DNA from: Strigamia acuminata
Taxonomy: Eukaryota
DNA length: 64,000 bases
Assembly: GCA_949358305.1 (NCBI GenBank)
Contig: OX442314.1
Location: forward strand, 806,001 to 870,000
Reading direction: 5' to 3'
Shown: positions 46,714 through 57,392 of the stretch, piece after piece
Layout: each line of letters begins with the position of its first letter
Position numbering within the stretch: position 1 is the first letter of the stretch
Notes under the pieces: generated by a model
Database searches by the model: none
What the model was told of the DNA's origin: nothing
What the model saw: the letters and a program-made list of their open reading frames with translations, nothing else
Position numbers and translations under genes: made by a program

Positions 46714-47653
46714 TGTAGTGACCCTAGTGGTCACTAGTGAAGCAACAGAAAAAGTCTGTAAAATAATATTTTGGTTTATTATATTTTAGTTTGAGTTTTT
46801 TATGCTTCCTGTCTACAGGCAAGAAAGCTGAGCAGAGTGGGAGGAAATGTGGGTGGTTGCCAGGGTAACCAGCCCACAAGCCTCCAAACAGGAAATGAGT
46901 CCTGAGAGGAGTGAGAACTCCTCAGTATGATCACAAACTTTGCCAGAAAAACAACACAAAATAACCCAGAGAAACCCTCCAGTATTTTGTGAAAACCTCA
47001 GTGAAATTTTATACTCATTTCTTGCTGTTGTACAGTTACAACAGTGGGATATCACGGTCTTGCCGCATAATTTACGTGCGGTGGGATTTTATTCACATTC
47101 TTGAGATAACTCATTGTTGTCTTGAGATTTCGCCTTGCCGTGGAGGAAATCCGGCTAGACGTTGCGAAGAGTCGCAAATACGTCGCCACGACGACGGAAT
47201 TGCGAGCCGAGAGAGAGTTTAGACGATACGGAAAGAGTCCGATTGACCAAGCGAGTCGACGTGAGTTGACTCGTATCAGACGATTTCCAAGGAGTTCGAG
47301 AAGTTGAGTGACTGAATAAGTCCGTTTCACCGTGGAGCGACGCCGAGCAGAATATCGAGACGAGCGTCAAAGAGAAAGCCGTAGAAGCGCGACGAAACGA
47401 GCCGTTATCGTCGCCGGAACGCTGGAATCGTCAAATAACGTTTCCACGTCGATTTGAAGTTATTTCATCATTTCATCTATTATTTCATTTCTTATTTCCA
47501 TTAAGCCTTAGTTATCACTGTAATTTATCTTAGTCTAAGTCAGAATAAAGAAGTTTAGTTTAAAGAGAGTATTTTTATGATAAGTCTTGTCAAAGCATCA
47601 ATAAGCTTGGAATTATTCTTTATTAATTTAAGGAGTAATTCAGGCTCATTACA
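46714..47653 (+). repeat. 5' LTR of the Gypsy element
   Basis: TGTAGTGACC...CTCATTACA; repeat of 60694-61633. Confidence 0.96.
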
Positions 47654-47655
47654 CC

Positions 47656-47666
47656 TGGGGGCCCGT
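47656..47666 (+). promoter_or_regulatory. Primer binding site, tRNA-Pro-like
   Basis: TGGGGGCCCGT 2 nt after the LTR; one mismatch to the tRNA-Pro PBS start TGGGGGCTCGT. Confidence 0.6.
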
Positions 47667-47783
47667 TAAATAATTTGAACCTTAACAACTATCTTCAGTT
47701 GAGGGACCACCATTTTGTCTTTTAAAAAAAATTTGTGGTAGGAAATTTTCTGTTTCTTTCTTCTCTATTCTGTTTTACAAATA

Positions 47784-50700
47784 ATGTCTTTGCCACAAGA
47801 TTCGAGGAGAGGGAGAGGAACGAGACGAGGAGTCCGCACTAGAGGCGGTACGGCCGGAGGAGCGACCGGCGGAGCAGCGGAGCCATATTTCGATTCATCA
47901 TCCAGCCCGGAAAGAGAATCGGACCAAGATCCCGAGCAGCGCCGACTAACCAGTCAAGATTTTTGGTTGGAAACGTCGCAAGAAACTCAAGGGGAAGAGC
48001 CCCGTGTTAACTCACCAGTCGACAAAACTCCGCCCAGCGTGCCGTCAACTCCGAGCAGCAAAGTTGATTTAACGAATATGTCGTTGGAGCAGGTGATTGC
48101 CGTCGCTCACAAACGAGGGAAATTGATAAAACGTTATCGCACCGCGGCCAAGCAAAGAGCGCGAGACGACGCGGAAACTTCGGGCGAAAATTCCCCGACC
48201 CGACATAAGTTGTCACGAGTGCGCCAACGTATCGCCGACCTAATGCAAGAAAATGCAGATCGGCTGGCGGAGCGACAGCGTCAGTACGCGGAAGGCGTTA
48301 CACTTTCCGATGAGGACGTTGCAAACATCACAAAGGCGATGAAAGACAGCACCCGACAGCTGCAAGATTTCCATCAGGAGGAATACGAGATGGTGAGACG
48401 TCTAAAAATGGAGGAACACCAAGCACGCCAGGCAAAGTACGAAGCGGAATTGGCCAAGCAGGCGACGGAAGACGAAATTCGTGCCAAAAAAGACCAGTCT
48501 GACAGAGAAATACAAGCCGAAAAAGACAGAATGGAAGCCGAGAGAATCCGCCTAGCAACGGAACGTCAAGAATTACGTGATAGACGTAAGGCGCAGGAAT
48601 TGGCAAATCGAGATGCGATACGTGCCGAAAATCAACGTATCGAGCAGGAAAAAATACGTTTGGCGAACGAGTATCGAGACTTGCAGGAGAAACGTCTAGC
48701 GGAAATAGCGGCTGATCGAGCAGCTATGCAAGCCGAAAGACAGAGGATTGCAGCGGAAAAAGTCCGCGTGGAGACGGAACGATTGGCATTAATTGCAAAA
48801 CAGAAGGCGATGGACGAGTCGGAACAAAGGGACATTCATCATTTCCGCCAAGCTGCATTCGAAGCTCAGGAGGAAACGGAGAAAGTCCGGAGAGAATTGG
48901 AAGAAATTAAGTATATTGCACAATGCAATTACGAGCAACCGACGAGAGTTCCATCCTATCGCCCAGAAGTAGTCAATCTATCTCCAGGCGCATCCGCGAA
49001 TCCATTAAAAAGGAGAGGTGATATGGATGAAAGAAAAGATGCTAAAAGAGCGTCGGTGTCACCAGCAAAGAATCCAAACGTATTAGACGTAATTGCACAA
49101 AGAAATCGTCAACATGCAACGGACCAACCGACTGGACCAATTAAAAAACAAGGTGCAGTAACGGGAGTGGACCCGGAGGATTTCCAAAAATGGGAGAAAG
49201 CGTCCAGACGAATGGATTCAGACAACAGAGATCGCCAAACTCCAATAGAAACTGAAAATGTCAGTAACCCTGCAACAAAAGGCGCGTGTGGAGGCAAAGC
49301 TTTGGGAGAGTATCTTGAAGACGCTCGAGACGATGAGAACCCCGCCTATCGAAGGTCATACATGTTCATGGAAGCGGTTGAACAGGTAGCCGAAGCCAAT
49401 GAAAGAGAGGATCGACGAAGATCGCGGGAAGCGCAGAAAAAACAACAAGTAGATAGTCAACGCGAAATGAGTCGCGAAAGTGGAAAACAAAAATTCCAGC
49501 ATGATCAAGAAGTTCCGGAACAAGATAAAAGCAGTAGTCAAGATGCTGCAACCGGGCAAGATGGAGCAACTGGACAAGCCAGTTACACGAAAATTAGAAA
49601 TTATGACGACTATCTACAAGGAAAATATTCGCAGCATTCAGGCGAAAATTACAATAGAAGCACTCAACAGTTGAGTGAAACTCGATCCAGTTACAATGTC
49701 CAACAACCAGAAAACACAAATCTACGAAATGAGTCGTACTATCGTCAAGAAGCCCGTCCGCGCAGTGAAGTGAGATTTGCGAATGAAACTCGAGCGCATA
49801 ATGACACAGATATGCGAAATATGCCTCATTATCAAGACGAACCACGCCAGCAAGGTGACGCCCGCTTCAGAGATGAAACTCGCAGACAAGGTGATTATGG
49901 TCCAGTGGGACAAAGCTGTTATAATCGAAATGAGTCGATATCAAGAGAAGGCCCAAGTCCACAACATGGCCACCAACAGGATTCACAACAGAATAGGGGC
50001 TCCTATTGGTACGAATCCTATACGAATAGAGATTCACATGAGCAACGTGATGATTCACACAGACGACGTGAAGATTCCAATAGGCAACGAGACGACTCAT
50101 ACCGAGACCAACGAAGGTCACGTTCTAGTCCACCACCATCACAACACGAATATGAGAGAAAATACTCACATTCTGAGCAATTTCGTCGTGAAGAGCCTAA
50201 CTACTCAAGGCCGCAGGGGGAGAGATGGGATAGAGGGAATTCCCGTTCGGATAATAGAGATCCGCCCCCACCAAATACATTACCAACTAGTTCCAGAGAA
50301 TTGGAGGAAATCATCGCAAGGCAGATTGATTCAAAATTGTCGCAAATTCCTTCAAAATCTCAGGAAATGGAAGAAGTTTTGAGAAAGCTCATTCTGAAAT
50401 ATTGCTCTGAAAATTGGACACATCACTACAGCTCACCATACCAAATCAAATGGGACCGCATTAATCCGGATATGTTTGATGGAGGATGGCAAATCGGAAC
50501 CCAGTTTCTGGATGAAGTAATGCACGTGGTGACAAGTCACGAAATGGACCCAGATGTGGCTTTACATAAGTTGATACCAAAAATGTTGGTGGGAGGAGCA
50601 ACAAATTGGTTCCGAAAAAATAAATTCACACACTGGAATGAATTTGTAAAAGCATTTATGAAAGAATACGGGGAATCCAATGCAATGATGATAAAGTATT

Positions 50701-51656
50701 GGGACAATCACAAACAGATGTTGGGCGAAGATATTCGCTCATACTTAAGACGTACAGAAGACCTGATTGCTCAGCTCCCGTATCACATCAGCGATTTTGA
50801 CGAAGATAGAAAATTCAGAAATGGTCTGACACCCTTTTCCGAGAAGGTATTAAGAATGGTGGATGCACCAATGGCCAGCTCTTTTGAAAAATTACAAGAA
50901 TTTATAAGGAACAATCAAATGTATATTGATGACAGATATGCATCAGACCTCCCGCTGGAAGAGCAAAGAGCACGGGATGACCTGCAGCGACACCACTCAG
51001 ACTACACTAGATCCGGTGCAAAAATGATGCGCCCACGCTCGCAATTTTTATTATCTCGGGAGGAAGGGTCCACCAAAAAACAAGAAAGTGGACCATCACC
51101 TTATCCACAGCCACGAGTGCCAACGCGACCAACGGTCAAATGGGTACAAGACCCGTCCAAAGCAACCGAATCAGTCGGTGATACACAAATAATGTTGACA
51201 GATTACTCGGAAGATGAATTAAACACTTTGATGGATGCGGCAAACGTATTGTTTACACGGAACAATCCAGCGATAACAAAATACAAGCCGCAAATGCAAA
51301 CAAGGTTGCCACATCAAATGGTTGTGCAGCCGCAGACACAAGGAAATTCGTCCTTTCCGACCAAACCGTACTCTGTCGACTTCAACTCAAAAATAGAAGT
51401 ACAAACTCCACAATTAAGTGAAAATAAGGGACAGACTTCTACGCCAGGCGGCGCAACGGATGGTAACAAGACCAGTCAAGTAAAATTGACACCAGAGAAT
51501 GCACCGTGCCATAATTGTGGCCAAGTTGGACACTGGGTACGGCAATGTCAACAGCCAAAGAGAATGTTGTCCAAAGAAGAAATGGAACATCTTATTAATT
51601 CTTTATCCGACAACCTTACAAAAAACTTGAACGCGCGGGCTCAAGAAAAGCAGTAG
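47784..51656 (+). CDS. Gypsy Gag, unusually long (1290 aa)
   Basis: Long coiled-coil and R/Q/S-rich N-terminal region; capsid-like LVGGATNWF...WNEFVKAFMKEY...QMLGEDIRSY...FRNGL; CHNCGQVGHWVRQC knuckle. Confidence 0.92.
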   Translation: MSLPQDSRRGRGTRRGVRTRGGTAGGATGGAAEPYFDSSSSPERESDQDPEQRRLTSQDFWLETSQETQGEEPRVNSPVDKTPPSVPSTPSSKVDLTNMSLEQVIAVAHKRGKLIKRYRTAAKQRARDDAETSGENSPTRHKLSRVRQRIADLMQENADRLAERQRQYAEGVTLSDEDVANITKAMKDSTRQLQDFHQEEYEMVRRLKMEEHQARQAKYEAELAKQATEDEIRAKKDQSDREIQAEKDRMEAERIRLATERQELRDRRKAQELANRDAIRAENQRIEQEKIRLANEYRDLQEKRLAEIAADRAAMQAERQRIAAEKVRVETERLALIAKQKAMDESEQRDIHHFRQAAFEAQEETEKVRRELEEIKYIAQCNYEQPTRVPSYRPEVVNLSPGASANPLKRRGDMDERKDAKRASVSPAKNPNVLDVIAQRNRQHATDQPTGPIKKQGAVTGVDPEDFQKWEKASRRMDSDNRDRQTPIETENVSNPATKGACGGKALGEYLEDARDDENPAYRRSYMFMEAVEQVAEANEREDRRRSREAQKKQQVDSQREMSRESGKQKFQHDQEVPEQDKSSSQDAATGQDGATGQASYTKIRNYDDYLQGKYSQHSGENYNRSTQQLSETRSSYNVQQPENTNLRNESYYRQEARPRSEVRFANETRAHNDTDMRNMPHYQDEPRQQGDARFRDETRRQGDYGPVGQSCYNRNESISREGPSPQHGHQQDSQQNRGSYWYESYTNRDSHEQRDDSHRRREDSNRQRDDSYRDQRRSRSSPPPSQHEYERKYSHSEQFRREEPNYSRPQGERWDRGNSRSDNRDPPPPNTLPTSSRELEEIIARQIDSKLSQIPSKSQEMEEVLRKLILKYCSENWTHHYSSPYQIKWDRINPDMFDGGWQIGTQFLDEVMHVVTSHEMDPDVALHKLIPKMLVGGATNWFRKNKFTHWNEFVKAFMKEYGESNAMMIKYWDNHKQMLGEDIRSYLRRTEDLIAQLPYHISDFDEDRKFRNGLTPFSEKVLRMVDAPMASSFEKLQEFIRNNQMYIDDRYASDLPLEEQRARDDLQRHHSDYTRSGAKMMRPRSQFLLSREEGSTKKQESGPSPYPQPRVPTRPTVKWVQDPSKATESVGDTQIMLTDYSEDELNTLMDAANVLFTRNNPAITKYKPQMQTRLPHQMVVQPQTQGNSSFPTKPYSVDFNSKIEVQTPQLSENKGQTSTPGGATDGNKTSQVKLTPENAPCHNCGQVGHWVRQCQQPKRMLSKEEMEHLINSLSDNLTKNLNARAQEKQ

Positions 51657-54600
51657 AGCTCGCGCTGACAAAAAACTCGGAAAATCTGCTAGCAGCCCAA
51701 CCAACACAAGAACTATCAATTGAGTCGTTACAAGATTCGAAAGGGTTATCGGAGACCCAATCAATAGATGAAAAAGTAACAGAGACTTCACTAATATTAA
51801 AAACATTAGTGGAACCACAAAATTTGAGTGAAAATATCCAAGAGACTCAACCAACAGCAAAAGCACCTTCAGGATCACGATTCATCAAAGATAGTCAAAC
51901 TGGAGAATATGTGCAATCAAAATTGATTGAAAAACCACGAAAAGTAATTGGAACTTTGGAAGGTGGAAGAGGAACAATAGTTGTTGATTTCGAAGATGGC
52001 GAAGTTGTGGGATTGAAATTTCCAGCCCCAAAAGCAACAACGGAACCAAAACCGGAAATAGCCGGGTGTTCATCAAAATCGGACAGTTTATACAATAATG
52101 GACCACTGAAAAATACGACTATTCCTGTAATACTCACGCCACCAGAAGCAATCGGCACGATGCCAAAAAGAGGAGAAATGATCTGTGACATGGAGTGTGG
52201 ACAACTCGTCGGAATGAGATTCCCGCCGTTAGAGATAAAAGATTGTCCACCTGTAATACAAGAAGCTTATCGTTCAAACGAATTTAACAAATCATATTTC
52301 ACAGTCAACGTGACCGAAGCTTTAAAAGATGTAAAATTGGTGCAGGAAAATGAGGCAACTATTTTTTGGACGAAGGTAAAAAAGACCTATGAAGAAACTC
52401 CATCAATAGCGGCTTGGATGACTGATACGTCGGTTGAACCAGTGGATTGGGACCCACACCTAAAGGAACTAACAACTTTGGAGCCAGAAGGACCAAGAAT
52501 CAGAGTCTTTAACATTTTACTCCCCGAAGAAGATGTTTTAGAAGGAATGACGACGATCGACATCAAAACAGAACAAGGTTCGATCGCCGCGATGTTGGAT
52601 TCTGGTGCTAATCGCAGTTGCATTTCTTGGCCCCTGATTCAAGCGATGGGATTGGAGAAACAAGTTTGGCCCCTCAAAGCCAACATGACTGTAAATACAG
52701 CGGACAAAAAGGTCCAACCCATGGGGACAATAAGAATGATGATCAGATGGACTCACGGGATGATGCAGCAATATTTTTTAGTGCTACCCCACGACATGAA
52801 GTTCATGTTGATCGGCAATGACGCGATGAAACGGATGAAAATACAACCGAACCCACTCAACGGCAAGTGGAATTTCATCACGACAATCGATGTGCCGCAA
52901 CCTTACATGCCGCAGTATCTTCTTGATAAATATGAGCAAAAGAAAGAAGAACCCGAATCGTCATTGAAGACATTTAGAAAAGAAAGTAGCTTTTGTGCAT
53001 TCGAGGCGAGGTTGAAGGTTGGAAATGGAGTCCATGACATGATCGAAGAAGCAAAACTGCACTTAACTGAGGCAGCACAGTTAGAGCATGTGCTGAGAAA
53101 ATATGAGAAGATACTCAGCAAGAATCCTGGAAAAACACACGTGCTCCAACACACGATAAACTTAGACACGGATAAACCGATCCGAGTTCCATTCAAATCA
53201 TGGAACCCGCAGAAGCGCGAAATTTTAAGGACCCTCTGCCAAGAGATGATCGACAAAGGCTATGTGTCGGAAGCTGAAGGGGATTACGCAACGCGAATCG
53301 TACTGGTAATGAGACCAGGTTCGGAGCCACGCCTCTGTATCGATTACAGAGCGCTAAACGAACACACCCTTTATGACCCACCACAAATGCCGACCATTAC
53401 GGAAATCTTAAGAGAGCTCGGCGAATTCCAGTGGGTGTCGACCATCGACTTAACGAAAGGATATTGGCAGATAGACTTGAGACCGGAAGATTGTCCGAAA
53501 ACGGCCTTCTGGAGCCCCATGGGCCGGTTAATGTTCAATGTCATGCCCTTCGGGCTGGTCAACGCGCCGACAACGTTTCAGCGATTGATTGAAAAGGTAT
53601 TAGGCGAAGCATTCAGGAAATATGCTTGGGCCTACCTGGACGATATAGTGATCGTATCAAAGACATATGCTGAACATATGAAGCACTTGGACTCAGTATT
53701 GGGAAAACTACAGCAAGCCGGATTACATGTGAATCCGACCAAGTCCAAATTCTGTAGAAAAGAACTCAAATTCCTAGGGTATAAATTAGGAATTAATGGA
53801 TTAAGTGTAGACCCCGCGAAAGTAGCGGCAATCTCGGAATTTCCAGCGCCAAAAAATTTGACTGAGCTCCAGAGATTCCTCGGAATGGTCAACTTTTTCC
53901 ACCGTCTTCTGAAAGATTTGGCAACTGTAGCGGCACCACTACGCCCACTGTTGAAGAAAGGAATAGAGTTCCTATGGGAAAATGAGCACCAAGTTGCATT
54001 TGATGAAATAAAAAAGTTATTGACTGATGCAAAGACAATGCACTTGCCAAATTTGCATCAATCTTTCATCGTAAGAACAGATGCAAGCAAAAAAGGTTTA
54101 GGCGCTGCTTTAATGCAAATGAAGGAAATTGACGGCCAGATGATAGAATCACCATGTGTTTATATCAGCCGATGTCTGCAGCAGGCAGAACTCAATTATA
54201 GCGCCACCGACCTCGAGTGTTTAGCTGTCATATGGGCACTACGGAAATTTAGGCCGTATCTCGAGTTCACGAGCTTCGTCGTGCAAACTGACCACGAGGC
54301 GTTGAAATGGTTGATGAGACTGGAAGAGCCAGCAGGCCGTCTTGCCCGTTGGCAGATGGAATTGATGTCTTACAATTTTCAAATTCAGTATTTGAAAGGG
54401 ACAACCAACACTTTGGCAGACGCATTGTCCAGAGCACCAATTCAGATAATTTGCGACGCTGAGGACACAGGGGAAGCCGATGGTGATCTTAGGTACTGTC
54501 CAACCGAACCACGTAAATGGGTGGTAGGAAATTGGAACCAATTACCACGACCCCTGACTGAGGACGAAGAAGTTGCATCATATTGGTGTCAGGTGTATAG

Positions 54601-56680
54601 TGCGCCTAGTGAAGAGATGGAAACAAGTCCAAAAGAAAAGAAAGAATGGCAGTACATGCCAACTTCCGAAAACGAGATGGTTACGGCATTTATTGCAAAA
54701 GTGACGGAACAGGCAAACTGCACACCGCCGACACGAGAAGAGCTCGTCGATCACCAGATCAAAGATCGCCACTGTCAGGCCATGCGACACTATCTGGAGA
54801 CGGAGCAATTTCCCGCATATGTGAAAACCCCATTACATAGGAAAAAATATCGGATCTTGGCAACAAAACACCTTGTAGAAGAAAACCTTTTACTCAAATA
54901 TCACCCAACAATGTCGGATGATTTGGCAGAGGATTCGAGAGCACTTAAAATTGTAGTGCCGAGATCATTAAGATTTAGAGTTCTGTGGCAAATGCACGGA
55001 CATCCTTTGGCGAGCCACTGCGGAATAGCACGAACACTTTATCGTATGCGACAAGTGTATACGTGGGAGGGGATGAAACGAGATACAGCTCGATTTATTA
55101 AACATTGCTCTCGCTGCCAAGCGTGCAAACCCAGAGCAAAAACACGAGTGGAACCAGCTCAAATCGGCCCGTATGCGCCATTTGAATGTTTGAGTATCGA
55201 TTTGGTAGGACCGTTAACTAGAACGGAAACAGGAAATAACTATATCTTAGTGATTTTGGATATAGCCACTCGTTGGCCAGAACTTTATCCACTGGCAGAC
55301 CCGGTGGCACAAGATATAGCGGACTGTTTATATGACACATGCATGGGCTGGGGATTTCCGCTCCGGATTATATCAGATAACGGACCGCAGTTTAAAGCAC
55401 GACTTTATCATGAATTTTGTAAAAAATTCAAAATTGTGCCGCGATTTACATCTCCGTATCATCCCCAGGCCAACACAGTCGAAAGGACCAACAGAGACCT
55501 GAAATATATTTTGTCAATTTACACATCAATCCACAAACGCTGGGACGAATATCTAAGAGAGATAGCATTTAGCATACGCACAACAGCAACAACAGGCCGT
55601 GATTACTCGCCAGCATACTTGAATTGTTGCAGAGAATTCAGGATACCGTGGGATCCTCGAATTTTGGATGGAATTTTGAAAATTGACCCAAATAAGCCAC
55701 ACATTTACATCCAACGATTGGAAAAAGTCATTCGCAACACGTACCATCATATGATGGCACACATCATGGACCTTCGTGAACGTGTGGACAACCATAAATT
55801 AGATGGAAAATTTCAAGATTTTCGAACAAATGACCTCGTGTGGAAGGAAGATCACGTTTTGTCAAAAGCGTCACAAGGAATTTCGGCGAAATTATCCGAC
55901 AAGAGAAGTGGGCCATATGTTATTATTAAAGTCCACCAGGGCGGAGCTGTCAAATTAAGACGACTTAAAGATAATAAGATCTTGCGTTCCATTCACATGT
56001 CCGAGTTAACACCGTTTTTCCCGGAATTTAATCAAGAAATTTGGGAAAAAGGCCAAACACAAAGTAACCCGGAAGGAAAAATTATTAACACTTTGTTCGA
56101 CGAGCCATCAACATCCGAAATGCAAGAAATTGCAAATATAGAGAGTTCGCAAAACGTGCAGAATGAACAAATTCAAGGCAGTAATTCAATAGAATCTCAA
56201 ACTTTGCGTCAAATGCAAAATTTAGACGATTCGCAAAATCAAGGAAATTCACAAGAATCACAAATTTTGGATCAAACACAAAATTTGCAAGATTCGCAAA
56301 TTTCGCATGACCAACAAGAATCGGAATTACAAGCAACGCCAAGTTCATCAGACACGGAAAATAATGAGAAAATAGAATCTACAATTCCAAGCGATCAGCA
56401 AGTCGAACAAAGTGAACAAATTAATGAAGATCTAAGCGCAACTTTACAGAAAAAATCACGAGAAGAAGCGCCACTTTTTCCGAAAAATTTAGTTGTAGAA
56501 ACAGACGAACAAGTTGCGTCGTTTCCTAAAAAGGGGGGAGAAGTGGTGAAAAAAGTGAAAGCAAAACAAAGATATAAAGATCTGCGTGAAAATCAATCAG
56601 AAAAAATTAAAAAGAAAGCTGTCTTGAAGAAATATCCACTTCGAGACAGAGGGAGGATTAAGCCTCCAGACTACCTCTAA
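51599..56680 (+). CDS. Gypsy Pol (PR, RT, RNase H, integrase) in the -1 frame relative to gag
   Basis: Frame is open from 51599, overlapping the gag end. MLDSGA; IDLTKGYWQ, MPFGL, YLDD; TDAS, LECLA, TDH, ADALSR; H-x6-H...CSRCQAC; SIDLVGP, SDNG, VERTN; GPY. Confidence 0.96.
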   Translation, partial: FFIRQPYKKLERAGSRKAVELALTKNSENLLAAQPTQELSIESLQDSKGLSETQSIDEKVTETSLILKTLVEPQNLSENIQETQPTAKAPSGSRFIKDSQTGEYVQSKLIEKPRKVIGTLEGGRGTIVVDFEDGEVVGLKFPAPKATTEPKPEIAGCSSKSDSLYNNGPLKNTTIPVILTPPEAIGTMPKRGEMICDMECGQLVGMRFPPLEIKDCPPVIQEAYRSNEFNKSYFTVNVTEALKDVKLVQENEATIFWTKVKKTYEETPSIAAWMTDTSVEPVDWDPHLKELTTLEPEGPRIRVFNILLPEEDVLEGMTTIDIKTEQGSIAAMLDSGANRSCISWPLIQAMGLEKQVWPLKANMTVNTADKKVQPMGTIRMMIRWTHGMMQQYFLVLPHDMKFMLIGNDAMKRMKIQPNPLNGKWNFITTIDVPQPYMPQYLLDKYEQKKEEPESSLKTFRKESSFCAFEARLKVGNGVHDMIEEAKLHLTEAAQLEHVLRKYEKILSKNPGKTHVLQHTINLDTDKPIRVPFKSWNPQKREILRTLCQEMIDKGYVSEAEGDYATRIVLVMRPGSEPRLCIDYRALNEHTLYDPPQMPTITEILRELGEFQWVSTIDLTKGYWQIDLRPEDCPKTAFWSPMGRLMFNVMPFGLVNAPTTFQRLIEKVLGEAFRKYAWAYLDDIVIVSKTYAEHMKHLDSVLGKLQQAGLHVNPTKSKFCRKELKFLGYKLGINGLSVDPAKVAAISEFPAPKNLTELQRFLGMVNFFHRLLKDLATVAAPLRPLLKKGIEFLWENEHQVAFDEIKKLLTDAKTMHLPNLHQSFIVRTDASKKGLGAALMQMKEIDGQMIESPCVYISRCLQQAELNYSATDLECLAVIWALRKFRPYLEFTSFVVQTDHEALKWLMRLEEPAGRLARWQMELMSYNFQIQYLKGTTNTLADALSRAPIQIICDAEDTGEADGDLRYCPTEPRKWVVGNWNQLPRPLTEDEEVASYWCQVYSAPSEEMETSPKEKKEWQYMPTSENEMVTAFIAKVTEQANCTPPTREELVDHQIKDRHCQAMRHYLETEQFPAYVKTPLHRKKYRILATKHLVEENLLLKYHPTMSDDLAEDSRALKIVVPRSLRFRVLWQMHGHPLASHCGIARTLYRMRQVYTWEGMKRDTARFIKHCSRCQACKPRAKTRVEPAQIGPYAPFECLSIDLVGPLTRTETGNNYILVILDIATRWPELYPLADPVAQDIADCLYDTCMGWGFPLRIISDNGPQFKARLYHEFCKKFKIVPRFTSPYHPQANTVERTNRDLKYILSIYTSIHKRWDEYLREIAFSIRTTATTGRDYSPAYLNCCREFRIPWDPRILDGILKIDPNKPHIYIQRLEKVIRNTYHHMMAHIMDLRERVDNHKLDGKFQDFRTNDLVWKEDHVLSKASQGISAKLSDKRSGPYVIIKVHQGGAVKLRRLKDNKILRSIHMSELTPFFPEFNQEIWEKGQTQSNPEGKIINTLFDEPSTSEMQEIANIESSQNVQNEQIQGSNSIESQTLRQMQNLDDSQNQGNSQESQILDQTQNLQDSQISHDQQESELQATPSSSDTENNEKIESTIPSDQQVEQSEQINEDLSATLQKKSREEAPLFPKNLVVETDEQVASFPKKGGEVVKKVKAKQRYKDLRENQSEKIKKKAVLKKYPLRDRGRIKPPDYL
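51620..51665 (+). promoter_or_regulatory. -1 programmed ribosomal frameshift signal
   Basis: Slippery A AAA AAC (51620-51626) in gag phase, 6-nt spacer, stem GCGCGGGCTC (51633-51642) / GAGCTCGCGC (51656-51665). Confidence 0.88.
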
Positions 56681-57392
56681 AAATAGAAGGTAGCGACGTC
56701 ACTCGGGAGTCCGGAAGTGGACGACGTCGCAGCTCGATCGTGATTGGTCGAACAAACCACGTGTTGATGTAGCTGGAAGTAAAGACCACATGTTGCTCAG
56801 ATTTCTCCAAATCATCAACAAAACATTGAAGGAATTTGAAACAACGATCAATCGAACGAGTAATAGGATTTACGAGGAAGTCCGGACGAAACAAGTGTGA
56901 ACAAAAAGATCGACGATGAATCAAGATTTTCGGCCACCACCAAAACCGAAGAAACCAGTACACGAAGAGGTAGTAGAAAATCGAATTAAGTCGAGAAAAC
57001 TAAGGATAAGAGATCCAAAATAATAGTTATAGTTATTCATAAATTGTGCGTGTCATAAAAAGTAAAAATTTATCGGTGATCGTAAGGGACGAAACGAAAT
57101 AAGTCGTAAATACGGAGACGCGATCACAAAACCGATAAAAGATCGAGATAAGTATGGAATATCGCTAAGAAGGCTAAATCTAAGTTAAAGCTATCAGAAA
57201 TAATTAATTTTATGTGAAAAAATTAGTAAATAATGGCAAAAACTTGAGAAAAGCGACATGAAAATACGTCGCGATATACGAAAGAGCGCCATCTGGCGAG
57301 AATTTTATGAAACGTAAAATTAAGAAAATGACACACGCAATTGAGAATAATTTCGTAAAAAGATAAAAAATTAATGAAAATTTAATTTATAG

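Noticed and set aside
46813..47370. Short ORFs duplicated at 60793-61427
   Set aside because: Lie within LTRs; no coding signal.
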